A stretch of DNA of 64,000 nucleotides, taken from a virus. Shown in pieces: positions 63,235-64,000 of this stretch. How positions within the stretch are numbered: the first letter of the stretch is position 1; every line of letters begins with the position of its first letter. A program made the translations under genes and the position numbers. The stretch lies in the IMG/VR virus record IMGVR_UViG_3300042546_000155; one strand, given 5' to 3'. The notes below the pieces were generated by a model. The model saw only the letters and a list, made by a program, of their open reading frames with translations. It was not told the origin of the DNA and did no database searches.

Positions 63235-63789
63235 TCAAGTGGAATAGTAGGTGGAAAATGTAAAAGTGTTACCTGATGTTTCACCGGTGACTGAGGAACC
63301 ATTAACAACGGTATTCGATACATTAGCCAAAACTAGAACATCGAAACCAGCACCACCACCATCAACTACACGGTAGATATCACCTACCTTCTGGCCTCCA
63401 GCTAATACATTTTCTCCTGTATCCATTCTGCCATTTTTGTTACCTTTACCACCACCCATCATGCCAAGGGTGCTACTAAGCATCCCATACGCCTTTACAA
63501 CACCCGAACCTTCGGCAGGTGTTGGCAGACCAGTTACATGAGGTATAATGCCTTGAACATCTGGTGATCCTTGATCTAACAAAGAAACGACAAGAGGGAC
63601 ACCTCCGACCAAGACATTACCCGGTGATAGAGATAGCAAAGCACCTAGATTATTGTGTGTATTTAAATCACCAGCTACCGCAACAGGCTTACCCTCAACA
63701 AACACATTCATTGGGTTGCCAGGACCTGGTGTGGTTAAAGCACCACACATTCTTAATGCACCGATGAAATGAACTGGAAATCCGCTCAT
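63235..63789 (-). CDS. PAAR-like (gp5.4-type) spike-tip protein with C-terminal extension
   Basis: PVHxxG...CGA...NVFVEGKPVAVAGD...H; TATAAATA at 63854-63861. Confidence 0.6.
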   Translation of the reverse strand: MSGFPVHFIGALRMCGALTTPGPGNPMNVFVEGKPVAVAGDLNTHNNLGALLSLSPGNVLVGGVPLVVSLLDQGSPDVQGIIPHVTGLPTPAEGSGVVKAYGMLSSTLGMMGGGKGNKNGRMDTGENVLAGGQKVGDIYRVVDGGGAGFDVLVLANVSNTVVNGSSVTGETSGNTFTFSTYYST

Positions 63790-64000
63790 GAATCCTTCCT
63801 AGGTCTTCCTCTGCCCCGTTTAACAGGAACAGGCTCAACTTTTGCTTCTTCTGTATTTATATTGATAACTTTAATCTCGGCGGACACTCCGGTAGAACCA
63901 AAGCCACCTGTGCGACTTGTCTTAACAAGAGGCATGAAATTGATTTCTTCAATCTTATATTCTACATTCTTGACTAGTTCGGCCTGTGCAACACGATCAC
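63786..64000 (-). CDS. dut: dUTPase, C-terminal part, with AT-hook tail
   Basis: Manual translation DRVAQ...RTGGFGSTG...KRGRGRPRKDS*. Confidence 0.85.
   Translation of the reverse strand, partial: DRVAQAELVKNVEYKIEEINFMPLVKTSRTGGFGSTGVSAEIKVININTEEAKVEPVPVKRGRGRPRKDS

Noticed and set aside
318-63767. Many short plus-strand and alternate-frame ORFs in the track
   Set aside because: They are shadows of longer, motif-bearing minus-strand genes or tRNAs. Only 14981, 41060, 41440 and 49353 are accepted on the plus strand.

Overview
64 kb of a large T4-like (myovirus) phage genome, almost all on the minus strand. The host is very probably an alphaproteobacterial type II methanotroph (Methylocystis/Methylosinus-like), judged from a Methylocystis-type pmoC and a tRNA-His that lacks G-1 and has A73. 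The window holds T4-type replication and nucleotide genes (class II RNR, ThyX, gp61 primase, gp41 helicase, UvsX, gp43 polymerase, dUTPase); a late block of probable capsid-internal proteins; lysis genes (M15 endolysin, spanin pair, holin candidate); many small Sec-exported proteins; an array of 29 tRNA/tRNA-like genes with several structured non-tRNA RNAs in between; auxiliary metabolic genes (pmoC, acyl-CoA dehydrogenase, AdoMet decarboxylase, carbamoyltransferase, Hsp20); and a ~10.7 kb sugar-nucleotide/glycosyltransferase/methyltransferase cluster. The strongest candidates for something new are (1) a probable head-packaged, protease-processed enzyme payload (NTase-zincin-kinase polyprotein plus a ligase-like protein), (2) a D-armless tRNA-Arg with an apparently relocated D-loop, plus unannotated RNAs in the tRNA array, (3) a suite of exported periplasmic proteins sharing an N-terminal motif, and (4) a duplicated acyl-CoA dehydrogenase C-terminus flanking an HNH cassette. 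All calls are by eye; no searches or folding programs were run.
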